From: Octopus vulgaris
Lineage: Eukaryota
NCBI GenBank assembly: GCA_951406725.2
Contig: OX597838.1
Location: forward strand, 24,924,001-24,988,000
Reading direction: 5' to 3'
DNA length: 64,000 nucleotides
Positions within the stretch are counted from its first letter, which is position 1. Each line of letters opens with the position of its first letter. Below, one piece after another: positions 11,084-22,016 of the stretch. A program made the position numbers and the translations under genes. Under the pieces are notes generated by a model. It was not told where the DNA came from, made no database searches, and saw nothing but the letters and a program-made list of their open reading frames with translations.

Positions 11084-13819
11084 TTAATCTAAATACAGTG
11101 AAATTCTAAGACTTCATTTTTTTTGTGGGCATATATGGGTTAAATTAATAAGGCAGAAGCGGATGAGACCTGAAGCACCACCCTTGGGGTCAGTTGAATT
11201 GATGCACAACTGACTGACTTGGTAATGCTGGGGTGTTTTGGTTTTGAGATGATGATTCAATGAGATCTGTATAAAGAAATGGACAGGTGAGAGAGCTGCA
11301 TTGGTATTTGAAGAGAAGCAGATCAAACGGAAATGGACTAAACTACCCTAAAACCATCAACTAATGAGAGAAATCTGGGGAGGGAGGGCATCATCTCATG
11401 GCAACAGGTTGTGGGTGTGTATGTGTGTGTCTGGAATGGTTTCTGTATGTATGTATGTATACACGATATATGTATATACATATGCAGATATCAAGCTGGC
11501 GAGAGGAGCCTCTATGCAACCGGTCTGTCGATGCATTAAAAATAGCAGCCAAATTGCTCCTAAATTGCAGGTTTAGAGAATGCAGTCACTGGGTCAGGTA
11601 CAGAATGTCTATGATAATAGGTCTGCTTGGTGAGACAAGACCTGGGGTTAAAGAGTATAATTAGAGGTAAAATATGAGCTGACAAATTATTTAGAACAAC
11701 AACGATGACAATGAAGACTAAAAGAGAAGTCCAAGGAATCCCAGAACTAAGGAGGTCGTTATCGACTTGAAGAATGTGATGTGTCAACTTTAAAAAAATA
11801 TCTACCACATTCCTCCTGCATTCACAGTTGTTAAGGGGCCAAGGTGTGCACGCTTAGCAACGTCAGAAAAGTGTAGCCCCGCCTATATTTCTAGATACTG
11901 ATTTCAAATTTTGGCACAAGGCTAGCAAGTTCGGGGGAAGGGGTTAAGTCAATAACACTGACCCCGGTGCTCAACTGGTACTCTTCTTATCGAACCTGGA
12001 AGGATAAAAGGTACGGTTGACCCCAGTGGAATTTGAACTCAGAATATAAAGACGGATGAAACACCGCGAAGCATTTTGCCCAGCATGCTAACAATTCTGC
12101 CAGCTCACCATTGATGTAAATAAAACATTACAATTATAACAACAAAAAAACATTAACCCTCTAAGAGAGATTAATTAAATCACACCAGAAGTAAAGCAAG
12201 TCTGGCTTTTTACTGATCTCGTCCCACAGTTGTACTAAATATGGAAACAGTAAATATACACAGATCACATGCACATCTAAAAATTGAAAGCAGTTACTAT
12301 ATAAAGAATTTTAATTACGAGGTGCATAAATTATTCATTTAGACAAGAAATTTGACTGCACAACATTTGTGTAGTAAATTGTACTGACTGACTATTTAGG
12401 AACACACATACACACACGTGTGTAGGTACGTGTTTGTATACATATACATAACTTATTTCTTTATTGCCCACAAGGGGCTAAACGTAGAGGGGACAAACAA
12501 GGACAGACAAAGGGATTAATTCGATTACATCGACACCACTGTGTAACTGGTACTTAATTTATTGACACCGAAATGATGAAAGGCAAAGTTGACCTCGGCG
12601 GAATTTGAACTCAGAAAGCAGCGGCAGACAAAATACCGCTAAGCATTTCGCCCGGTGTGCTAACGTTTCTGCCAGTTCTACATTTTATAAATACATATCT
12701 TACATACTTCAGTCATTGGACTGCGGCCATTCTGGGGCACAACTTTGAAGTGTTTTAGTCGAACAAATTGACCTCATTACTTTTTTTCGTTTGTTTCTAT
12801 TCTTACTTTGTTTCAGTCGTTAGACTGCGGCCATGCTGGGGCACTGCCTTGACATTTTTAGTCGAATGAATTGACGCCAGCATCTCGTTTTGAAGCCTGG
12901 TGCTTATTCTATCGATTTCTTTTGCCGAAATGCTAGGTTATATGGGACACAAACGCACCAACACCGGTTGTCAAGCGGCGGAGGGGGACAAACATAGACA
13001 CGAAGACACACACACACATATACATACTATCGGTAGTTTTGGCCGACCTGAGACAATAATAAAATATATTTTTCCAAACATGCCCCACAGTGAGATTGAA
13101 CCCGAGACCATGTGCCTGAGAAGCCCGCTTTTAATAAACAATGGTAACACTACGCGTTTAGAACTCTTACCATGTTTATAAACACATAAGCATTTACCAC
13201 CATTCATATCCATTCACATGTACATGTTTTGTGTCGTTAAAGCCTCATGTTAGCCCTGAACGAACGAGCAACTAGCTTATAAATCAAAAGGGGATCCTGC
13301 CGTGGCCATCACGTTCAAGTATAGCTATGACTACAATTACTCAAGCCCTTCCTTCTTTGTTTATCTGAAGACGGAAGCGTTTGATTCGATGCTACTTGGC
13401 TGCTATTTGTAGCAGGTCGGCCGACAACATTCCAGTTTCGTCCCCCTCTTATGTTACTTTGTGTAACAAATAATTTAAGTGTATGTACTAATTCCAGCCG
13501 CAAACCCGTCAATATAATAACACACACACATAAACCACCACCACGCACCAGAAATGATTAAATTACAACAAAATACATTAGTTGACGCTTTCAGGGCGGA
13601 AACTGTACCAAGTAATATATATTTATATAAACAAACTTCTGAAAATTATTTTCTTTCTTTTTTACACATACACACACACAAACTAGACAGACAGGCCAAG
13701 ACAAACGGGTGTTTTGAAGTAGAGCAGTTATATATATATGGGGCCACCAACTTTAGGAAGTTCTACTCCTCGGAAAGAAATAGACATATTAAAAAAAAAA
13801 ACAACAAAAAAACTCCGGG

Positions 13820-14103
13820 TACTACTTAAGAACAGTGGTCCCAGTGCGCGCACTCGCGTACTCGCGCAAGCTAGTCATGACTAGTCGATCCTTTGTGTTT
13901 TTGTTTTATTTACTTTGTTTAAAAAAAAAATTACTTTGTGTTTTTGTTTTATTTACTTTGTTTAACAAAAATTATTTACTTTGTGTAAAAAAATTATTTT
14001 GTTTTATTTACTTTGCTAGGTAGTCGTTGTAGGATCGACTAGTCACGACTAGCTAGCGCGGATGCGCGAGTGCGCGCACCGGGACCACTGTTCTTAAGTA
14101 GTA
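13820..14103. mobile_element. MITE with about 70-bp terminal inverted repeats and TA ends
   Basis: TACTACTTAAGAACAGTGGTCCC...CTAGTCGATCCT is mirrored by AGGATCGACTAG...GGGACCACTGTTCTTAAGTAGTA; AT-rich internal tandem repeats of TTATTTACTTTGT. Confidence 0.85.
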
Positions 14104-15201
14104 ACAAAACTCCTTTGGTTAACAATTCTTATCTTTTTTTTTTTTTTTTCAAATCAACCGTTGCAGATCTTTTATTCTGTAACTGTATCATCTAAACTAC
14201 ATGTACCAGTAATATATTCGGGGTGGGGGGGGCTTCACATAAATCATATCGCACTGATCGTTAAAATTAACGATCAGTCTGACTCAAATGACGACGGCGT
14301 TGGTGGCGGAGCAATATCTAAGTTGAACCTACAATAAAAGCTTCCCCAGCCCTGAATAGACACAGACACACACACAGAGCAATAAATCTACGGTTCACTT
14401 CTCACCTATCTGAATACATAAATACAAGCATAACCACACTCACACACATATACACAAATAGATATTTATACACACACACATTCCTCAAATAGCTAAAGGA
14501 GCGATCAGTATGGCCGGATGTATATCGTGTACAAGACTATGTTTATGCACACACACGTATGTATACGTGTACGTATGTATATACATACATACATATGTAT
14601 GTATATATGTATACATAGCGCCAGTCGAGATATATAACTTGTCATTTGCCAGGAGACGGAAATATTAACTAGGATCGTTTGACATAAATAGGGACAGGAG
14701 AACAAAAGGACAAGCTGTGGTGAGCAACTTGTGATAAAAAGTGAAACATATTTGGCGTTCGCATAATAGGCTTTTTATTTTTATTTTTTTATACTTGTTT
14801 CATTCATTTGACTGCGGCCATGCTGGAGCACCGCCTTTAGTCGAGCAAATCGACCCCCCAGGATTTATTCTTTGTTAAGCCTAGTACTTATTCTATCGGG
14901 TCTCTTTTTGCCGAAACGCTAAGTTACGAGGACGTAAACACACCAGCATCGGTTGACAAGCGATGTTGGGGGTGGGGGGAGGGCAAACACACACACACAC
15001 ACACATATATAGACGGGCTTCTTTCAGTTTCCGTCTACCAAATCTACTCACAAGGCTTTAGTCGGCCCGAGGCTATAGTAGAAGTAGAAGACACTCGCCC
15101 AAGGTGCCACGCAGTGGGACTGAAACCCATTTGAAGGGAAGAGAAAGGGTAGATATAGGATGTACCCGATCTTCTTCAATTACACCTTCTCCCCGACTTA
15201 C

Positions 15202-15281
15202 GACCGAGTTCCGTTCAGACTGACAGGTCGAAAATCGATCTGGTCGTATGTCGGATTTAAATCTTTCAACACTATTTTCAT
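15202..15281 (-). CDS. Candidate alternative first coding exon of LIMK (MKIVLKDLNPTYDQIDFRPVSLNGTRS)
   Basis: 80-nt ATG-initiated frame ending TC|GTAAGT (consensus donor), phase 2. CpG-rich unique sequence, with a GTTGCCAGAT promoter-type motif about 80 nt upstream. Confidence 0.55.
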
Positions 15282-15533
15282 TCAAACACAGCTGATGCTT
15301 GAAAGCGACTGAGTGAGAGATAGTGACAAGCAGTGGATGCCTGAGTCTGAGAGAGGCTTGCGTTGCCAGATGCTGCCATAGTTATCCTACACGCAGCTAC
15401 CCAACGCCCCAAAATCGATTATTCGTTTATCTACATATTTTTTGTGGTCGTAAGTCGAGGCGTATTATTACGTCCCTTACACGTCTGAATTATTCATTCC
15501 TTACATTTTCCAAAATACTTTGACAGTACATAC

Positions 15534-15850
15534 CAGCAGTTCTCAACCATTTAAAAAAAAAATCTATCTATGGACCCCCTTTGATTACCATTTCATTGTG
15601 TTTGACCCCCATTGCCATTCGATGTTTTAAAGTTTAGTTTTATAGTTACTTTTTTCAAAATTCTTATTTTGCTTTTCACACATTACCTTGTGTAGGCTGA
15701 ATTGTAAAAACGTTTAAGAAACCTGTTTCTTACAATAAATACATTAATACATCTAAAGCAACATTTTTCATGGACTCAATTTTCTATTTTGCTTCAAAAG
15801 TTTTATATGGACCACCAAAGGATCATACGGATCCAGGTTGATAGATATTG
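15534..15850. mobile_element. Degenerate hAT/Charlie-type MITE
   Basis: Left end CAGCAGTTCTCAACC, internal GGACCCC motifs, right end remnant ...CAGGTTGATA. Confidence 0.45.
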
Positions 15851-16104
15851 GTTTATTCAGTATACGTACAATGTCCCATTTTTCTACGTATACTTTAAGG
15901 CTGATTAAATAGATATTAAATAGAGTTGTGGTGCACCTGAGCACTGTATACAATAATTTCATTATTATATTAAAGTAAGGGCTTTTGGAAAACCGCGAGG
16001 GTCCTAAACTAGAATCAAGAGACAGTTCTATAACATGCTTTCTAGACAACAACGCTTAGAGGCTTAGGTAAATAGCATTTAGGGAGCACCTAAATCGCAC
16101 TTAC

Positions 16105-16145
16105 GGTAAATAGCACCTACGGGGGAGCCAGGGGTTGCAACACAT
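16105..16145 (-). CDS. Candidate alternative first coding exon of LIMK (MCCNPWLPRRCYLP)
   Basis: AAA ATG TGT TGC ... TTA CC|GTAAGT, phase 2; possible acceptor CTCCTATTTCAG| with exon start at 16261; CpG-rich unique region. Confidence 0.4.
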
Positions 16146-17251
16146 TTTACGGGGATGTGGATCGTCGTGAATTAGGGTCAGCAGTGCTATGCATCGGTTT
16201 CCTGCTTGACACTGTTTTCGAGTCGAACTGTTCACAAATGAATTTTTTGCAATTTAGGACGCTGAAATAGGAGATTACCGGGTGTCGGACGGGAGTATTG
16301 TGACAAAGACAAATTGTGCCCCCACAAATATTTAGTCATAGTTTTCATTTATTTACATCAAGCGTTACCATAGTAACTGAGCGTCATAGCTACTGGAGAA
16401 TATAGGGCCTATAATACATGGATACATAGTCGTGTGTGTGTGTGTGCGCGCGCGCGTGCAAGTGCAACATGTGAATGTTTGTGTGTGAGTGTATGTACGA
16501 GAGAGTGTGTGTGTTTGTTCGAGTGTTCGTGTGTGTGTGCATGCGTGAGAAATGGAGAGAAGGTACAAAATGACAATTGTCAAAATAAATGTTAAACTTA
16601 AAAAATGACCGAAGTTGTACCTGACCAGTCGGAGCTGACCTGGGACAGAACAACAATTTTTAAGGAAGAACTCTAGTCTTATTTCTCTCCGTCTGACGTG
16701 TTTCCTTCCAAGTAAATAGTAAAGAATGAGTCTTAGGAAACTTGAGAGAATTGCGAGGGCAAGGGAAACGTGAGGGGGAACCATTCGATAAAAATTTGCA
16801 GAAATACTTACAATATATGTGAGTTGTTGTAGACCATGCTTTTACTAGATGGCTTTGTATATAACCGAAAACGTGAGGAAGGTTAGCCGTAGTTCCTTTC
16901 GTATTTGGAGATAACGGGTGATAAATAAAGTGTTTCCTCACGGCGGAGACAAAAACGAAAATGTGAAACAAGAGAGCAGAAGAAAGGGGAAGAGAGGAAG
17001 TTAGAGGGGGGAGGAGGAGAGGAAAGACTGAAGCAAAGAGTGTGAGGGGGAGAATGAGGGAGGCTTAAGTTATGAATGAGAAAGACAAAAAAAAAAAAAA
17101 CGAGGGAGGAGCGAAAGGAAGGGAATTGAAGAGAAAACGAGAGAGAATGAGGGGGAGGCAGACAATACATGGATTGAGTGGGCGATTAATGAGAAATGGA
17201 CACGGAAATGACACACACACATACACATTTACACACACACACGTAAGAGTG

Positions 17252-17320
<69 letters not shown>

Positions 17321-17332
17321 CAGGAGTCAGGA

Positions 17333-17417
17333 GTCAGGATGGCCGAGCGGTCTAAAGGCGCTGCGTTCAGGTCGCAGTCGGGTCTTCCCGGCGTGGGTTC
17401 GAATCCCACTTCTGACA
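17333..17417 (+). tRNA. tRNA-Leu(CAG)
   Basis: GTCAGGATGGCCGAGCGGTCTAAAGGCGCTGCGTTCAGGTCGCAGTCGGGTCTTCCCGGCGTGGGTTCGAATCCCACTTCTGACA. Acceptor stem GTCAGGA/TTCTGAC-type pairing, anticodon arm CTGCG-TTCAGGT-CGCAG, long variable arm CGGG/CCCG, T arm GTGGG-TTCGAAT-CCCAC. One extra A in the D loop. Confidence 0.92.
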
Positions 17418-17423
17418 AACTAA

Positions 17424-17433
17424 TTTTTCTTTT
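17424..17433 (+). terminator. Pol III terminator of tRNA-Leu
   Basis: TTTTT and TTTT runs starting 7 nt after the tRNA 3' end. Confidence 0.75.
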
Positions 17434-17835
17434 AATGGCGGTGCCCCAGCATGGCCACAGCTCAAGAGCTGAAACTGGAAAACATAAACATATATATATT
17501 TATTTATTCTTTATACCAATCTAATTCCGAAACGCGCGCACGTGGGTAACCTAATATCGATTGATTTTCGTTATTTTTTACCTTTTGCCTGCGTGGATTG
17601 TTTTCAAGTACTTTGGTTTTTCTGGGAGCCCCTTTTAAAGTAGAAGGAATAGCTAAGATTTTTTGACTGCTATTTCGAAACTTCGGTATGTGGTGAAGCA
17701 AATCTTTGCTGAACCCTAATTATAAAGTATTACTTAAGCTTACCATGAAATGGTCTTTTTCATGCCGAATTCAACTTGGTGAAATTACTGATTACTTCTT
17801 AATTAATTTTACCCTTTGTTGTTGTTATATATATG

Positions 17836-17879
<44 letters not shown>

Positions 17880-17989
17880 CATACATACACACACACACAG
17901 GTAGACAGATATCTTTTATCTTTTACTATTTTCAAGTCAAAGGCTGGGGCCTTCCAGCGTGTTTGGGTCTCCTTTCTGTACTGATTTTG

Positions 17990-18420
17990 GCGAATTAGCG
18001 AGTTGGACGAAGTCACTCTTCTTTGGGGCCCCCTGCTGCGATTGTGAGTCCATCTGGTATTTCAGATAAAAATTTGTCCAGATGCTCCTTGAAGACCTCC
18101 ACATGCATACCTTGCAAATCTCAAAAGCTGTTTGTCAGAATGTCGAATAGTTTTGGACCCTTGAAACCCAAGCTGTGGGGTCCTTATTCGAGATGGTGAA
18201 GACGGAGCCTTTGGTATTATACAGTGCTGTCCAGTTCGATGGTTGGTACAGCTTTCAATACCAAAGTTGGGAGCTATCCCTTCCAGGACCTTCTACGTGA
18301 ATGTCACTGTATATCTTTCTCACCTTCTCTCTATGAAATAGAGCTTCAGTTCCTTTTGGCCCCTCCACCTGTTTCACCGAGTCAATTATCTTTGTGTAGT
18401 GGCGTTGAATTGTCTCAAGT
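17990..18420 (-). pseudogene. CR1-clade LINE ORF2 C-terminal remnant
   Basis: Frameshifted and stop-containing translation LETIQRHYTKII...KELKLYFIERR*ERY...KVLEGIAPNFGI...SLGFKGPKLFDIL...FKEHLDKFLSEIPD, typical of CR1-group ORF2 ends. Confidence 0.8.
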
Positions 18421-18504
18421 TACCCCTGAGGTACATAGATATATGCACTTCATACACGTATTTTCATACATAATCACTCACATACACACGTTTATTGGAA
18501 GAAA

Positions 18505-19015
18505 TCTATATATATAAAACTCTAGTTGTGTGAGTGTCTGTCCCCTTCGATTTAGATTCCTAATTCCTCCCACATTTTGCGGTGCAGTTTAACCAAATTC
18601 GGGTATCTTATAGTCGTGATTAATATCGAGCCCGTCTGGCTATTAGCGCGCGTCAACGATGAGTCTACGATTTTAAAAATAATTTAACATCATTTTTGAT
18701 TCCATTTTAATGCATAAAATGCATCGTGTGTCGATGGCGGCGGAGTTGGCGTCCACGGTCACAGCTGCACCTGTTTGCTTCTCCCCCTTCCCTCCCTCGT
18801 GAAGCTGCGGGGAAGGGAGTGTAAGAAATCAACGTCGTAATGCGTTGTGAAGGAAACCAGCGTTCTTTTAGAACAACGACTTCATGGCTTGAAGACACCA
18901 AAATAGAAATGGCTAAGAAAGCCCGAATTGGCATCTATAAGGGAAGTAACTCTCTAAAAATGCTTATATAGTTATTTCCCTTACAAACCCGAGCAACGCC
19001 GGGCGATACTGCTAG
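18505..19015 (+). mobile_element. Non-autonomous Helitron-like element
   Basis: 5' TC (TCTATATATATAAAA), subterminal hairpin CCCGAGCAACGCCGGG, 3' CTAG; inserted between A and T without a TSD. Confidence 0.82.
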
Positions 19016-19096
19016 TAGGAATATAAAACTCAATACAAGTGTGTGTGTGTGTTATAAGAATGACTTAAGGGCTGACAGTTTCGTGCAAGGAACTTC

Positions 19097-19131
<35 letters not shown>

Positions 19132-20204
19132 AAAAGAGTATTCAAGCAGAACTTTTCCGTGTCTGAGCGACCCTCAGGCGACAGACATAAAATTAACTGG
19201 ATATCGAACAGAGAGGTAAAACTTGGGAATCGACGAAGTCAACAGTTTCGAACGATGTGTGTATGTGTGAAATTGTATGTGTGTGTATATGTTTGTGTGT
19301 GTGTGATAGGAATGATGAAGGGGAGAGTGAAAAATAAAGGGGGAGAGTGAAAGGAAGAGAAAGAATGTGAGAGAGACGGAGGGTGAAAGTAGGAGGGGAG
19401 AGAGAGTGTATGTGAGAAAGATGGGGAGGAGGAAGAGAATAAGAATGAGAGCGAGGAAAGAGATCAAAAGAGAATGAAGAAGACAAAATATAAGAACTTA
19501 ACTACAAATAAACAAGGAGTAGGAAATTAAAAAAAAGCGTACGTATTGGGTACAGAAAGAGAAGGAAGGAAGCAAGCAAGAGAGAGAGAGAGAGAGAGAG
19601 AGTAGTGGAACAGAGAGAGAGAGAAAGAAAGAGAGTAGTGGAACAGAGAGAGAGAGAGAGAGAAAGAGAGTAGTGGAACAGAGAGAGAGATAAGATGAGA
19701 AAGAAAAAAGTGATCGAAAAATTGTAAAGCTTGTGTGTGTGTGTGAGTGAAAGCCTTCATCAGCAACAAGTGACACTGAAAGATTTCCTTTCGACAGCCA
19801 GAACAAAACACATATATTATGTATATATATGAGTCACATGATTGATCCCCTTAACGCAGGAAAGAGGAGGGGGAGGAGGAGGGAGAAACGGGGGGAAGGG
19901 GAAGCGAGAAAGATATGGTGCAGAGAGAGAGAAAGAGCGCGAGAGGAGGAGGAGGGAGAAACGGGGGAGGGGAAGCGAGAAAGATATGGTGCAGAGTGAG
20001 AGAGAGAGAGCAAGAGAGGAGGCGGGGGGGGGGGGGAACTTTCTCCTCTGACCCAGCTCGACATTCTCGAAAATCCCTGCCGACAAAACTCCCTACATAC
20101 TTTTTTTTGTTTCTTTTCTTTTTTTTTGTTCGGTTTCGCTCTCCGCCTTCCCAAAACACGGCCGGCCCTAACATTCCTATCTTATCGTCTGCTTTGCTTG
20201 CTTG

Positions 20205-20235
<31 letters not shown>

Positions 20236-20904
20236 TCCTTTCTTCCCTTTCGTGTGTGTACCCTTAAACTTCTACAACCATACCAACAGCGTCGTAACTG
20301 GAAATTAATGAATGAAATATCCGTCGACCTCTTCTCCCTCTTTACAACAATGTCACTCCCGGTTACCCCCACTCCTTCCTACGGAACAGAAAAGGAAACT
20401 TGAACACACACACACACACACAAATAAAATGTGCGCGTCAATGGGGGTGAGAACGAAGTTAATAAATAAATAAATAAAACACGAAAACGGGAAGCTTTTA
20501 ATTATGGGTTCACTTCTTATTTGTTACACAACTGAGTCAGCAGCTGAACGATTTACTTTTAGTAAATTGCATTGGAAAAGGTATGAAACCCCCCCCCCCA
20601 ACACACACACACGCGCGCGCGCTCTGTCTCTCTCTCCCCCTCGCTCTTTCTCTTGTTTAAATAGACGCGCATAACATGCATGTCAAAGGAAAAAGCGTAT
20701 GTTCTTTTTCTCTCCCTCTCTCTAGTATTTCAACAGTTTATTTAATTAGGGTATTATTGAACATAAAGAAAGACGTGGGGGGAGAGGGAGAAGGCAAGAG
20801 ATAGAGAGAGAGAAAGAGAGGGGGAGGAAGGATGTAAGAGATTGTGAAAGGTGCAAGGGAACGGAGAGGGGAGAGGGACACAGTAAGAAGGTAAAGCATG
20901 CGAG

Positions 20905-21270
20905 GAGAGAAAAAGTAGGAAAAGGAAGAGGAATTAGATATATGGAGAACAGTGAAAGGGAGAGAGAGAGAAAGAAAAGGGAGACTGAGATGTGAGAGAG
21001 AGAGAGAGATGGGGAGGTGTAGATGGGAGAAAAAGTAGGAAAAGGAAGAGGAATTAGATATATGGAGAACAGTGAAAGGGAGAGAGAGAAAAAGAAAAGG
21101 GAGACTGAGATGTGAGAGAGAGAGAGAGAGAGATGTGGAGGTGTAGATGGGAGAAAAAGTAGGAAAAGGAAGAGGAATTAGATATATGGAGAACAGTGAA
21201 AGGGAGAGAGAGAAAAAGAAAAGGGTGACTGAGATGTGTGTGAGAGAGAGAGAGAGGTGGGGAGGTGTAC
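20905..21270. repeat. Purine-rich tandem repeat, about 120-124 bp x3
   Basis: GAGAAAAAGTAGGAAAAGGAAGAGGAATTAGATATATGGAGAACAGTGAAAGGG recurs; its GTAGGA marker lies at 20915, 21035 and 21159. Confidence 0.85.
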
Positions 21271-21751
21271 AAGGGAAAGAAGAGAGGAGAGGAAAAGAAG
21301 AAAAGGATATAAGAAAAAAATTGGAAAAGCATATAAGAAAGAAAAAAATTGGAAGGAAATAGATGAAGAGGGGAATGGAGTGTGTGAAAGGGAGGGGGGA
21401 GAGAAATAGTGAAATCTCAATATTTATGTAAACTGGAGAATATTTTTTTTCATGTTGTTCCAAAATAAATTGTTTCAAATGAAAGCTGATGACAGAGGAA
21501 CCAGCAAAGAGTAGGAAATATGAAACTGAATGAAAACTTTTAAGTCACCAAAAACAGAGTAAATTTCCTTAAAGACAAATAAAAGAAAGAAAAAACAAAC
21601 AAACACAAAAAGTCTATAAGGAAACACTATTTTTTTCAAGGGCAAAGAAAAATCGCGTGAATTAGAGGTTGCAGCTTTCATCATCATTCTTATCGTTTTA
21701 GCATCCACTTTTTTCCCCATGCTTGCATGCGTCAGAAGGAATTCGTAGCCA

Positions 21752-22016
21752 CAGGCGGCTTTAAACCAATTAAATCTGCTCTAATTGAGCCCTGCATCAA
21801 GAAAGGGCTCAGTGCACATGCTCAAGTGGAGGATGTGATGATGAATTCGTTGTATATCATTGTGGCTAATGGTGGAGCCTCAAGCCCTCAATGCTTTTTT
21901 TGGCTGGGACTGGCATATTACACAAAGCATAAAACATCAACCTTCAGCTTTTGTGGAGTAGAGGGCCCAACTGATAATTCTCTAATTGGGCCCTGCACTT
22001 CCTAGTGCCAGCCCTG
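21752..22016. mobile_element. Degenerate hAT-type MITE
   Basis: Ends CAGGCGGCTT... and ...GCCAGCCCTG, with internal repeated CTCTAATTG(A/G)GCCCTGCA. Confidence 0.45.

Noticed and set aside
11165-11195. TGC TTC AG|GT (C-F-R) mimic of the missing LIM1 exon end
   Set aside because: In-frame TGA just upstream, no WH motif, weak donor GTCTCA.
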